From Babesia bigemina (Eukaryota): a stretch of 64,000 nt of DNA. This document shows positions 33,126-44,586 of this stretch, piece by piece. Every line of letters begins with the position of its first letter. Positions within the stretch are counted from its first letter, which is position 1. Under the pieces are notes generated by a model, which was not told the origin of the DNA, searched no databases, and was given only the letters and a program-made list of their open reading frames with translations. The translations under genes were made by a program, and so were the position numbers. The stretch is taken from positions 1,550,001-1,614,000 of the forward strand of contig NC_027218.1 of assembly GCF_000981445.1 (NCBI RefSeq). The letters are read 5' to 3'.

Positions 33126-34164
33126 ATGCGATGGTTTCCACTCTGCCTTAAGGTCGCGCTTGTCTACTGCGTCGTCGGTGCTGTGGAAGGCTACAAAATC
33201 CGCTTCGGACGGGAGCGCAGCCGGATTCTCAAGCTCCGTAAGCGCAAAAGCGCGTTCGTCGATCGCCTGAACCTGATCACCAGGACCAGGGGCATCGGCA
33301 TCTTCACGCTCCGCGCCACGGCCGACGACAGCGCCGCGATCGCGAATCCCGGCGAGGAATCTCAGGCGGCCGAGTCCTTTGAGGAGTTCCTGCCGAAGAA
33401 GAGTAGGTTTGCGTGACCAGCCGGGCCACTGGCGATGTCGCTTATGGCGTAGCGGTGCTCTGAGGCGCGCAGCGCCCATGACGCTCACAGCGCCGTGCGC
33501 CGTACTATCCAGCTCCATCGCAGTAACACATAGCAGTGCAGAGAAGAAGCGCCAACCGAAGAACCCGATCGTAGAGAAGGATCTGGAGCGTTACGAGCCG
33601 ATTTTCAGGAAGATTCCCGCGCTGCGCCAGGTCCAGAAGGAGGTCGAACGCGACCAGAGGCCAGGCGCGCTCAACCCGCTCGGTTACGCCGCGCACTTCG
33701 TCCCGGAGGGCGACTGGAGCTTCCACCCCAACCTCATTCGCGTCCGCGGGAAGTACTTCTCCAAGCTGTACGAAAAGGAGCTGAGCGAGCCCTTTAAGAT
33801 GCACGACCGTGATTCGGGTTCATCGCAAGTACAAATAGCAGCGCTGACCGCGAAACTCGACTACCTCGCGCGCCACGTAAGGAACAACCACAAGGACGTG
33901 CAGGCGAGGCTCCAGGTGATAAAACTAGGCCACCGCAGGCGCAGGCTGCTGGGCTACCTGTACCGCACCAACAGGTCTGCCTTCGACACCCTGATAAAGA
34001 CCTTCAACATCGACTTCGACGACTCGCCGTACTGCTACAAGAAGCTGGTGCCCAGCTACTCGCACATGCACCACCGTAAGACGAAGCGCTACACTTCGGC
34101 GAAGGAGCAGCGTACCGCAACGAGGCAGCGCGTGGTCTCCACTATGAACACCGAGATGTTTTGA
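33126..34164 (+). CDS. rps15: Organellar (likely apicoplast) ribosomal protein S15; intron 33407-33533/33536
   Basis: HDRDSGSSQVQIAALTAKL..L..H...NHKD..AR....KL..RRRRLLGYL, preceded by a signal peptide and an R/K-rich transit-like leader. The acceptor is a NAGNAG. Confidence 0.88.
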
Positions 34165-34323
34165 GCTGCATCGCCATTGGCACTCCACAGCGCAGCTCGT
34201 ATTCCGGCAGCTGTAAGCGCAAAGGCTGTTTCGAATTCGCGGAGGCAATTTGCGTCTCCGTAAATATAACGTGCTTGACGCGGAGCTTGCATAGTGGCAC
34301 AACTCTAAACGGCGGTGTGCAGG

Positions 34324-36246
34324 ATGCTGTGGATTAAGCGTGCTATCGTGGCTCTAGCGTCACTATCGGTTGCCTGCAATGGCATGCGTATCGCACCTCG
34401 ATTGGGGACCGTGGGCATGCCGCTCTGCACAGTAGCGTCCAAGCCGCAGCCCAATCAACCGGAACCCAAGTCCCTGAACACCGTATTCCTGGTGCTGCCT
34501 GAAAAGCCAGATCTAACTGATAACGCCGCTTTGACGAAGGTTGACATAGGGGATCACCAGTGCGCTGTGATCAAGGTGGACCACAACGTGGGAGCAGGCG
34601 CATCGGACAACAAGGAGGCAAACGTCATTCAGCTGCTAAGCAACGCCTACAAAATAGGCCTCAATGAGCTGGCCAACGAGACCGTATACGAGAAAAGGAA
34701 GAACCACACCAATATTGTGGAGTTGGCCATAACGACGCTGCGGGCGGACGGTGTGCTAATCCCGGTGGAGTACCACTCGCTCATTAGCATGGGACGTGCG
34801 GTATATCAGCTGCAACTGCTGGACCTAGTGCTGCTGTTGCTGAGGCAAATAGATGACGTGAAACTCAATCTGCACTTCGTTGTCTACAATTACGACGAGC
34901 GCAGAGGGGACGATGCCGCGAGGAACGACTTCAACGAAAGACGCGAAAAGGAAATCCAGGCCGCGTTGGCGCAGATGTTCCAGAGCGCCAATGACCTCGT
35001 GGACATCTCCGTCACCTTCACGCCACACACCAAGGTCGGACAGTACCTGGAAGCCACGTCGGGGTGGATTGGGAACAGGATCTCGCTGAAACAAGCGTGC
35101 CCGATCGAATTTGAGTCCGAGTCAAACAAGAAGGAAGAATCGGTCACTAAACTGCGCAAAATACAGGGACACATGGATTCTTCAGTGAACGACGTCGCGG
35201 GGAAGCTCAAGGAGGTCGACCTGTCCAAGGACACTAGGCCGCTGCGGCAACTCCTGGAGATCGCCAACGAGGTCGAGCTCAGGTTTGTCACTTCACAATG
35301 CGCTACTCACGAACACACAGCGTAAACAAATGGCTGGGAGAAAGTGCAGTGTCGCTGGCCGAGATGCCGGACAAGCTCAAGGTGCAGGCCGATACGCTCG
35401 TTAAAGCGCTGGTGGCCGAATTCGATTCGAGGGCCCGCCAAGTAGCAGGGCGAACGGAAGCGCTGTACAAACTGGTGCGCCGCAACATGGTCGAATCGCT
35501 GCAAAACAAGCTCATGGTCATGATGGACGGCATGGCGCTCAAGATCCAGGACACCGTCCTGCAGGAATTCCAGGAGGAGCTGCAGAGCATATCGGTGGAC
35601 GAAAACCTGGACCTGTGAGTCGTACGCAACTCTGCATACAATAAACGCGCAGGAGCCTGCAGGAAGCCATCGGCAAGTACGATAGACGCTACTGCGCCCT
35701 GGTGGAGCAGCGCCGGTTCGACATCCTCCGGGGCAACAAGCTGTACGACCTCAAGGCCCAGGCGCAACGCAGAGACGTGATAGAAAGCATGAAAGACGTT
35801 GCGAACCACGTCCTAGAGTTCGCGATCGCCAAGGGGCTGTTTTACGCCAAGTTCTCGATTTTGGACGGCATATCGTACATCCCGTCCAACCCCGTGACCA
35901 GGTTCATCGCCAAGTGGATCAAGCTGCTTAAGATCCCGCTGCGCATATCGCTACACTACCTCAGCCCTACGGCGTTTGGGTTCTCCAACCTCTTCAGGTA
36001 TGATTTCGTGTCGATGTGTACCGCCCGGCGCCTCCGCCGCGGCGCGGCACACACTGCTCGCTAACAGCCACCAACGCCGCCGCAGGGACAGGATTCCACT
36101 GAAGCCCGGGATGCTGCGCTACTTCACGGACGGACGGGAACGCAGGTACGGCCACTGACGCCACACGGATCATGTGATGCAGCACCTTCTCGAAGGACCC
36201 GAGCACCAGGGCACTAGCAAACTCGCTCGTGTACAGCAGGGAGTGA
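34324..36246 (+). CDS. Multi-exon hypothetical protein with signal peptide/transit-like leader and helical-bundle region
   Basis: ORF pieces 34315-35325, 35298-35618 and 35702-36064 are joined by short GT-AG introns. The last exon (TFSKDPSTRALANSLVYSRE*) ends at 36246. Confidence 0.65.
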
Positions 36247-36283
36247 AGTCACTCACGATAATTTTATACCACACACTAGCGCC

Positions 36284-36658
36284 ATGGGCTGGCACTTGCA
36301 GCGTTACATCGCGAAAGCCGGGAGAGCCGTGAACCCGCTCGTCTGGAAGCGCGTCTGGAAGGAGAACGAGGGGAAGCAGCTGAACGACGTGGCGTCCCGG
36401 GTGGCGCAGCAGCTCAACGACGAAATCGCCCAGGTCGCCCGGGTCTCGCAGTACCGGTACTGGTGGTGGGCCAACCCTCTGGGCGCCGGTCTCATCTGCT
36501 ACGGCGTGTACAAGGTCTGGTACATGTCGTACATGGCCCACAAGCAGCGGACAGGTACGTTCGGAGGGTTGTGTTTTGTACATTATTTCGCAGTTGCGCA
36601 AATCGTGGCTGGCGCCTACGGCCAGGGTGGCCAGTGGCTCAACCCCGTGCCGAAGTGA
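36284..36658 (+). CDS. Mitochondrial ATP synthase subunit f (apicomplexan type); intron 36555-36593
   Basis: MGWHLQRYIAKAGRAVNP...SQYRYWWWANPLG...AYGQGGQWLNPVPK closely matches the Toxoplasma subunit f sequence as I recall it. Confidence 0.8.
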   Translation: MGWHLQRYIAKAGRAVNPLVWKRVWKENEGKQLNDVASRVAQQLNDEIAQVARVSQYRYWWWANPLGAGLICYGVYKVWYMSYMAHKQRTGTFGGLCFVHYFAVAQIVAGAYGQGGQWLNPVPK

Positions 36659-36718
36659 GCTCACCCAGACGGTGCAGGGGCACGTCTAACGCCCGCAAGC
36701 GACACCACCGTTCGCAAA

Positions 36719-36967
36719 ATGAGCCAGGGCGCGAGCGACTCCGAGGAGGAGCGGCTGCTCCAGGAGCAGTTCAATTCGATAGCGTTTTGCAACTTCAAGG
36801 AGCAAGGCGGGCAAAGCTTATGTTCTGAGCAAGTTCGCGTCGTGGGACACGACTGCAAGTTCTGCCGGAAGCGGTTTTGCGTCAGGCACCTCCTCCCTGA
36901 GGTGCACGGGTGCAACCCGAAGCCGCCGAAACTCAACAAACACGGCCGGCCTAAGAAAAGGCCCTGA
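36719..36967 (+). CDS. Stand-alone AN1-type zinc-finger protein (82 aa)
   Basis: C..C..CKFCRKRFCVRHLLPEVHGC matches the AN1 consensus. Confidence 0.8.
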   Translation: MSQGASDSEEERLLQEQFNSIAFCNFKEQGGQSLCSEQVRVVGHDCKFCRKRFCVRHLLPEVHGCNPKPPKLNKHGRPKKRP

Positions 36968-39548
36968 AGTTATCGTAAAATTCCATGCCCCGCCGCTTCA
37001 TGCTGAGCCTGCGGTATTTCACGCCATCCGCGCGTTGCCTTTGAACCGCTGACACCGGCGTCTTCTCATCTGCTTGTGATCCAGTGGTGTCGCCGACGTC
37101 GGCCGTGGATTGCGTGTCCATCGAGCTCCTCTCAAATATGCCGTCCAGGTCGTCAATTGGCAGCTCTGACGCCATGTATTTTTGTTGCGATTCCATGCTT
37201 TTCTCCTCGGTGGTGGTTGCGTTTTTATATTTGCCGGTGCTGCGGCCTAGGTTGGCACGTGGTCGCCGACTGTCTGGTGATTCATCGTCATCCGAATCAG
37301 ATGCCCTCCGAACTCGCGAACCACGAAGTGACGTGCGCCTGGACCTGAAGTGGCTGGCCTGGCCCTGATCTGGTGCGCCTTTCGCCTGCAGCGCACGGCG
37401 GTACCGGTTGCCAAAGCTGCGCTTCCTAGACAGAAGCTGGTTGACGGGCCGGCCGGATTCGTATGAGCTGCGCAGCTCTGATGCGAGGTTGGTGTCGCGT
37501 GGTTCGACGAGGTTCGTCACCAGCGTCGGAGTGCCCTTGGTGCGGTGCACGAACGTTGCGGCATCGCGGGGGAAGCTGAAGTTGATGACGTGATCGGCCC
37601 TAACATCCAGTCCACGCGCGAACATATCGGTGCAAACCAGTATCGCAACCTCTTCCGAGCGGTAGGTCTCCAGAAGCGCCAGCCTGGTGGGCAGGCTTGA
37701 CCGACTGTGGAAGGAGAGCACCGGCCACTCCTTCTCCCGGAGTAACGAGCTTACCTTCCGCACGCCCTCCAGACTATCGATGTAGACCAACGTCTTGGCT
37801 AATGGGTTTGCCACTATCACCTCCATGAGGCAGCGCAGCTTCGACTCGAATTCTGCGTCCACGTCGACGAACCGCATCTCACACGACGCCAGGTGGTGGT
37901 TCAGGCAAGTCGAAATCACGCGGCTGCTGGTGAAACGCTCGTACAGCATCGACCCTGCAGTCTGCAGTCCGCCGTAGTTAAGTGTGGAGGCCACGTGCAC
38001 AAACTGGCATGGCGGCGGCTGCTGGGCACGCCGCCGGCGGTGGTGCACCAAGGGGTTGTACAGCCGCGGGCGCGGCCGGAGTATGCTGCATATCTCCATC
38101 ATCGCACTGCGACTCGCGTTGTTCTCAAACAGCGCATCGACCTCGTCGAACACCACGCAGGCCGGCACCACCCCCAGCCGCCTCGACGACAAGAGGTCGT
38201 TCAGGAATAGCTGCGGTGTGGTCACCACCACATCGCAGCTGCCGTACCTGAACCACCATGCGTATAAATGCGTAAACGACTCTTGAACTTACTGCACGAC
38301 TGGATGCGACATCACGGGACGCCTCACAAACTCTACGCTGCGAGGCACAAGGCCGTCCACCGAGTAGATGGCGGGAGACAGCTGGGACAGTGCGAGGTCG
38401 TTACCGGGCGCGGTGCGCATGGGGACCTTCACAACGCTGCGCTTTCCGCGTCCCATGTTGACCGGCACTGTCTCCATGGTGCCTTCCGATACCGGTACTG
38501 TGGGCACCGACTGCACCATCGCACGCTCGTCCTCTAGGCTCAGACGCAACTTGCCGTCCATGCCCCCCAGGTAGTGCAGTGTGTGAGGAGACGGGTAGAA
38601 AGGCTGTTCGCCCGGTGCCGCCTGCGACACCCCGTCTGTGACAACCGGCGCACGGGGAGGTGCGCGGTGGACATGCGTGAGGGTCTGCACGGAGAGCCTG
38701 CCTAGCGGGTCGATGGCGGCCAGCTCGCTGACCACCTGGGACACCAGGTCCTTGTTGGGGACCACGACCATGCAGCAGCGCACGGCCCCCAAAGGGTTGG
38801 TCAGCAGCGCGCGGAAGACCGAATTCCGGCACCTGCGACCCCAGAGCCGACGTGATATCACCGGCAGGCCGCTTCCACCCCGGGCCAGCAGCCGCGGGTC
38901 CACTTTACACAACGTATCCACAAGCTTCTGCGCAGTGGTCGCCGACTGCAGTGCCGCAGCGGCGGCAGCATCCAGCTCTGAGGGGTCCTGCCGCAGGTCG
39001 GACATTGACCGCGGCAGGAGTGCGTGCGGCACTCGGCGGCTGTAGCCTAATGCGTTCAAACGGACAGCATCCTCCTTGTCACGCTGTGGTCCACTGCCAG
39101 AACGCAGCTGCAGGTCCTCCAGCAGGTCGTGAATGTTGTAGATGTTGTTCACAACGGGCAGCAGGTACGCCAGGGTCTTGCCAGCGCCTAGTAACGCCTT
39201 TAAGGAGAGCGAAAACCTAAACTCACCAACGGGCGCGTGCACAGTAACATCCTTCCCGCTGAGAATCGACAGGAAGGCCGACTCCTGCACTTCGTTGAGC
39301 TGCGATATGCCCTTTGACCGCAGCAATGCGAGCCTCAGCAAGGGGTGTAGCTTGACGCGGGAATCCGGCGCGCAAGTATCAGCCGATACCGCCGTCTCTA
39401 CAGCGCTTGAGCTGCCAGCGGCATCTCCTGAAGCGCGCAGACGAACCGCCGGCGGCCTGCCCTTTCGGAATCCCTCAAGCAGTGGCCGGCTTCCGAAGCT
39501 GGTGCTGGTCAGACGGCCGTAGACCGAACGGGCCAGGCGCCGCACCAT
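36951..39548 (-). CDS. DEAD/DEAH-box RNA helicase, likely organellar; introns 38248-38292 and 39188-39226
   Basis: Q motif LNEVQ, APV|GAGKT, VVVPNKDLV, VVTTP, VFDEVD, CTDMFARGLD and a degenerate motif VI FVHRTKG. The N-terminus is R/S-rich. Confidence 0.88.
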
Positions 39549-39833
39549 CTCTACAAAGCATCACGCATCTTGTAGAATGATGCAACCGTGATTCGCTTGG
39601 GAGCGTCGGCGGCCCCAACGGGGTGGAAGGCGCTCGTAGGAGCCATTCAGATACGGTCGTTTAGAAATCGATGTGTACTAGCCGCGCAATTCAGCAGCGT
39701 TAGTAATGTAGATGTGTGCGTAATGTCGCTTCTCAACTGCGAGTAAACCTGGAAGCCAGCGGCAATGACGTTATGAGCCGCTACACATCGTAACCACGCC
39801 ACAGCGGACGTCTACAGTGCCGCGGAGGTGGCA

Positions 39834-40196
39834 ATGACAGGCTCTATACGAGCCTTCTACTACACCTGCAGGGCTTGCAACAGGGAGATATCGCACAAGA
39901 TCGCAATCAACCTCATCGCCGAGAAGAGTCTGCCGAAGGTGACCACGGCGGCGGCATCAACCAAGTCAGATGCACCCAATTCTAACAAATCCGATGCAAA
40001 TTCGCACCTGGAGGACACGCTGCGTGCGCGGTTGCAGCAGCAGCTCTCCGGTCCAACCTCTGGGTGGATGATGAAGCAACACAAGGTCAACCTCTCCGAC
40101 AATTTCAGGCGCATCGTCAACATGATGAATTCAAGCCGCCTGCCGTGTCCACACTGCCACTCCAGGGGCCACTGGATATGGCGAGGCTGCGTGTAA
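39834..40196 (+). CDS. Hypothetical small protein with split CxxC...CxxC zinc-ribbon-like motif
   Basis: YTCRACNRE at the N-terminus and LPCPHCHSRGHWIW at the C-terminus. Confidence 0.65.
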   Translation: MTGSIRAFYYTCRACNREISHKIAINLIAEKSLPKVTTAAASTKSDAPNSNKSDANSHLEDTLRARLQQQLSGPTSGWMMKQHKVNLSDNFRRIVNMMNSSRLPCPHCHSRGHWIWRGCV

Positions 40197-40281
40197 ACGC
40201 GTCGATTTTCCTCGCAATTTCCCCAGTGGGAAACCGGGGCACCTGCTGCGATAACACACATTTCAATCTTTAGTCGCTAAG

Positions 40282-41154
40282 ATGTCTGACCTTATGCACA
40301 TAGTAGACAAGCTCCGCGAGGCCGCAATGCAGGCCAAGCGCGAATGCGACACTCAGGTCGAGCAGGTCCTGACTCGAATGACCAAGTGGGTCCCACACAT
40401 CGGAACTCACCACCTCGCAGGAAAATCAAGGATGATATAACCAGCCACCGGTAAGAAGTAGTTGGAGTTCCCTTACGTGGCTCAGCGACAAACTGCTGCA
40501 GCAACGCAAAACCTTGGTTGAGCAGGAGGAAAAGGAGCACGTTACGCAGAAGCAACAGGTGAGCGGCCCATGCCAAAAAGCGCACCACGCCCAGCTTGAC
40601 GCAAACATCAAAGAGTTCGAGCGGCTCAAGAGGTCGCTCATTGAGCTCCTGGAAACCCACAAAGTCAAACAAAAGGTGAGACTTCGGCAATGCGTGGGGA
40701 TGACAGATTGGTCGCTATCGTAACTGCATGCTAGTGAGCGCCCGCAGAGATTCGCCACCAACCCGTGGTCAATGAGCGTTGCATGACTGCCAACACCTGC
40801 TTCCTTACAGCGATTAGCAACGGGCAGCACGAAAATTAAAGAGAGAAAAATTATGCCGCAGGAGTTCGACGAGCGCATCACTCAGCTGCAGGCCAAGCAC
40901 AGCCGGATGAAAGCGAAACAGGGTTGGTCGCATTATCGCCCACCTCACAAACAATACCGCAGACAAACTGGCGGCTGCCGCTTTGGCAGACCTCTGCAAC
41001 AAGCTCAACAAGAAGCTTGTGCAGGTAGGCACCCGCATTACGACATCCATATGCATGTTCCGGCCAGAAAATGAACCACTGCAAGTGCCTCATGCTTAGA
41101 GATGACGAGACCCTTGTCAAGGTGCACCACATGCTCACTGGCAACGACTCGTGA
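40282..41154 (+). CDS. Intron-rich small coiled-coil protein (7-8 exons)
   Basis: Successive GT-AG introns give the in-frame product MSDLMHIVDKLREAAMQAKRECDTQVEQVLTRMTKKIKDDITSHRDKLLQQRK...EFDERITQLQAKH...LNKKLVQKMNHCKC...NDS*. Confidence 0.65.
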
Positions 41155-41181
41155 TCTGGTGTGACTGAGGGGAGATAGGGG

Positions 41182-43802
41182 TCACGACAAAGCGCTGTAG
41201 CTCTGGGGCTGGTAGCCGGCCTTTTTGAACCCGGAGATCGAGAGGCTGCGCATGCGGTTCAGCGCAGCAGCCACCTCGAAGATGCGTGGCATCGAACAGT
41301 CACCCTGCAACCGCTAATTATTTTGAAGCCAACACCTACCGCGGGGAATGGCCGGAACCCGTTCACGTCGTCGAGGCCGTTGTACCCAACTGATTGAATT
41401 TGAGTAGCACTAAAGCAACCACCAACCGGCCTTTGAGGTGCTCCATTTGGAGTACAGTAGCTCGAGCAGCTCACGGAGTGTCCTGTCGTGCTTTGACGGT
41501 GCCAACGGTGAATGGGACTCACTTGTTGTGCACAGCGCTTCTGTTTTCGCGGAACATGTTCTCCAGGTGGATGATGATGTTGGTGATCGTGCTGGTCTGC
41601 CCGGGCTCCACCAGCTGCTCCAACAAACCCAGGTCGATGTTCTCCGTTCCGTACTGTATGCTGCCCATGCCGTGCTGGCGCACCTTCTGCTGCTCGCGCT
41701 TGAACGTGTCTGCGGAATTATGCCGTTGCCTACAGATAACGTACGTGGCGAAACGACACGGCCGTTCAGTTGCGAGGTCTCGAAGATGTCATTGCCGCTG
41801 ACGGCAGCGGCGATTGGCTGCGACGGATGACGGTGCTCAACACGAACGCTACCTCACGCAGGTCGACCTTGTAGCGCGACGCCACGTCGCGTGCGGCCTG
41901 GGTCTGGTCCTGGCAGGTGTACTGGTTCATCTGGATGACGGTGTCAGCCTGGTCCATGAAGAGGCCGCACGAGCCCGAGACCATGATGGTCGATACGCCC
42001 AGTTTCTTGTAAAACGCCTGCACCAGCAGCAGGAAGGTGGTGATGGGCTCGCTTCCCTTGCACACCAACGCGTCCATCAGGTTGTCGCGGTACATGAAAT
42101 TGGCTGCGGAGATGTCCTCGTCCAGCAGCAACAGGTCGGCGCCCATCTCAACCGACTCCATGATCGCGGCTGCCTGCGAGGTCGAGCCCGAGGCGTCCGG
42201 CGTGCTGAAGACGCGGCAGTCCTTGCCGTTGGGGAGGGTGCCGATGAACGTCGAAATGTCGACCCCGCTGACGCTGCGACCATCCTCCGCACGCACCTTC
42301 ACGGCGTTGGGGGAGGTGACGACGAACTCCCGGCCGTCCCCAGGCACCTTGTTGTAGCACCCCACCTAAAATGGCGTGATACTCCGCAGCTGTCGCCGAC
42401 TACCAACCTGCAACGCCTCTAGCAGCGTGGTCTTGCCGTGGTAGCCTCCGCCCACGACCAGCGTGACACCGCGCTTCAGGCCCATGCCGACCACACGGCC
42501 CCTGTTGGGCAGCGTAACGGCCACTTGCAGGCTGTCTGGCGACTTGAACGGCAGCACTGCGTCAGCGGTCATCGGCTTGTCGCTGATGCCGCTTTCGCGC
42601 GGCAGAATGGAGCCGTCCGCCACGAAGGCAACCAGGCCCAGTTCCGACAGCTGCGCCCTGAGGTCTGCAAACATATGGCTCTCTTCCAACCAAATACACC
42701 TACATTCCTGGTCCTCGACGCTCTTGATGTGGTCGTAGAACCTCTTGGAGTCGTACGCGCCGAAATGCAGGGCGTCACGCACGAGCGCCGGAAGCACGTC
42801 GGCAAACATGTGCGCCGCTTGGTAGCCGTTGACGCGCCGGCCGTTGCCAGGCATGTGGACGTACATACGAATCTCCAGGTGCTCGTCCGTCAGCACGACG
42901 CTCTTACGCGGGAGGACGTATTGGCGGGGCTTGGTCATCTCGAAGCCGGTGCGACGAAACCTGCCGTTCTCCGCTTCGTCCAAGCGCTTCAACTCCACGC
43001 ACACACGGCGGGCAATCGCATCGCAAGCCGCCACATTGCGCAGCCGAGGCGATATCACGTCCGACGGAAACCTGATGAGCGTCAGCGTAAGGTGCAACTG
43101 CTGACGTACCGGTGCACTGCGCTCGGCAGCCGGATGCGGATGTTAGACGGGGGCGCAAAGGGGTCACTCTGGATCCTGCACCCATTTCGTTACGACACAA
43201 AGATGCCGCCATACCTGTCGAATATGACAGTGACTGTGTTTTCCATGACGCTCCACTGGCCTTGCAGGTTCTTGTATGAGCCGTACGGTCCGCCTGCACG
43301 AATCCGTTCGGCTCCACAAAGGGGCAAGCGTACCGTCTTTGCCTTTGAGGTAGTTTATGAGGTTGCTTGTGTGGATCTGCATCTGCTCTGGCGGCCACTG
43401 CAGCACCCCATCCTCCTCGTCGAAGTAGCTCTCGGCGAACTTGTATTCCGGGTTGCAACCGCCAACCTCCTCGTTTCCTCGCACGTTGCCGTAGTTATGC
43501 TTCCTCTCCTCGTCGAGCCGACGTCCCCAGCGCCGCGAAGCGCTGGGACCGAGGCCTCGCTTGCGATCCATTGCGTAGTCGGCCAAGGAGCACAAACTCG
43601 AACTGCGAGGCTGTCGATTCCGGCTTCGTAATATATCCGAATCCGCGGGCGAAACGAAGCAGCTTATGGCAGCAGTACCTGGTCTAGCAGCGCCCAAATG
43701 CGTTCGGAAGCCGCCACGGTACCCGTGAGCACTGCAATGTGCAGAGGTCGCGATAAATGGAATCAGCAGCTGGAAGTACAGACCTAAAACGGCTAACCGC
43801 AT
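41182..43802 (-). CDS. Predicted ATPase of the ABC class (COG3044/MRB1590-like) with bipartite leader; multi-exon
   Basis: LVAFVADGSILPRESG, GVTLVVGGGYHGKTTLLEAL, YNKVPGDGRE, AEDGRSV, DASGSTSQAA, LLLLDEDISAANFMYRD, EPIT, and spliced C-terminal IDLGLLEQLVEPGQT...PRIFEVAAALNRMR. Confidence 0.88.
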
Positions 43803-44586
43803 GGAATATGCGCCTTCTAAGCGTGTGGATAACGCGAAATGCCGCTGTGTCACACTGACGACGCAACACGCCGGCCACAACGGCACCTGAACAGGCGCGG
43901 TATGCTGCGAAGGCAATAGCAGAAAGCGGCGGCGTATATTTCAACCAAATGTGGTGATACAGATGGCTTTTAACAACACAAGTGGCTGTGTAAACCGTAA
44001 GCAGTGAACTGCGGTCAAAGGTGCAAGTGTGTCGCCATTCCTCAGCAGATTCCTAGGCGGAGTAACCGGCGATGTCGTTATTCAAAACCTAGCCACATCG
44101 TACTTCGCCGCACCGGTCGAATGCAAATTACGACGTGAAATTAAGGAGCATGTGCCCGTGAACGAAGGCCGCTAACGACGGATCACGTAACGTCGCCTAG
44201 TGGTATGTGTGACCCCGGTACTGCTGGCGCTGAAAGTCTTTGAATTCCGCAGCCCAAAGTGCCACGAAACCTACTACTGTAAATATAAATCGCGCGTAAT
44301 TTTAGTGGCACAGCGGAAGGTGTATATCTGTCGGCACGTGTACTCCGCGGTGAGACCTTGACGCTCTGATTGCAACCCTCCAATGCGAGAATCAGAGCCA
44401 GTAGTGTTACCGATGCGCGCCATGGATTAGTGATAGCTCTAATATGACCGCTCAGTGATTTCAAGACGCGGAAGGTGGCTCTTCTGCGGACGAGGCTGAA
44501 CGTCCGGCGTTCATCCGCCCGTTCTCGAATGGGAGTGGATCCAAACGACCAGCGGCTGAATATATTGTAGATCAATCGGCGTCGTC

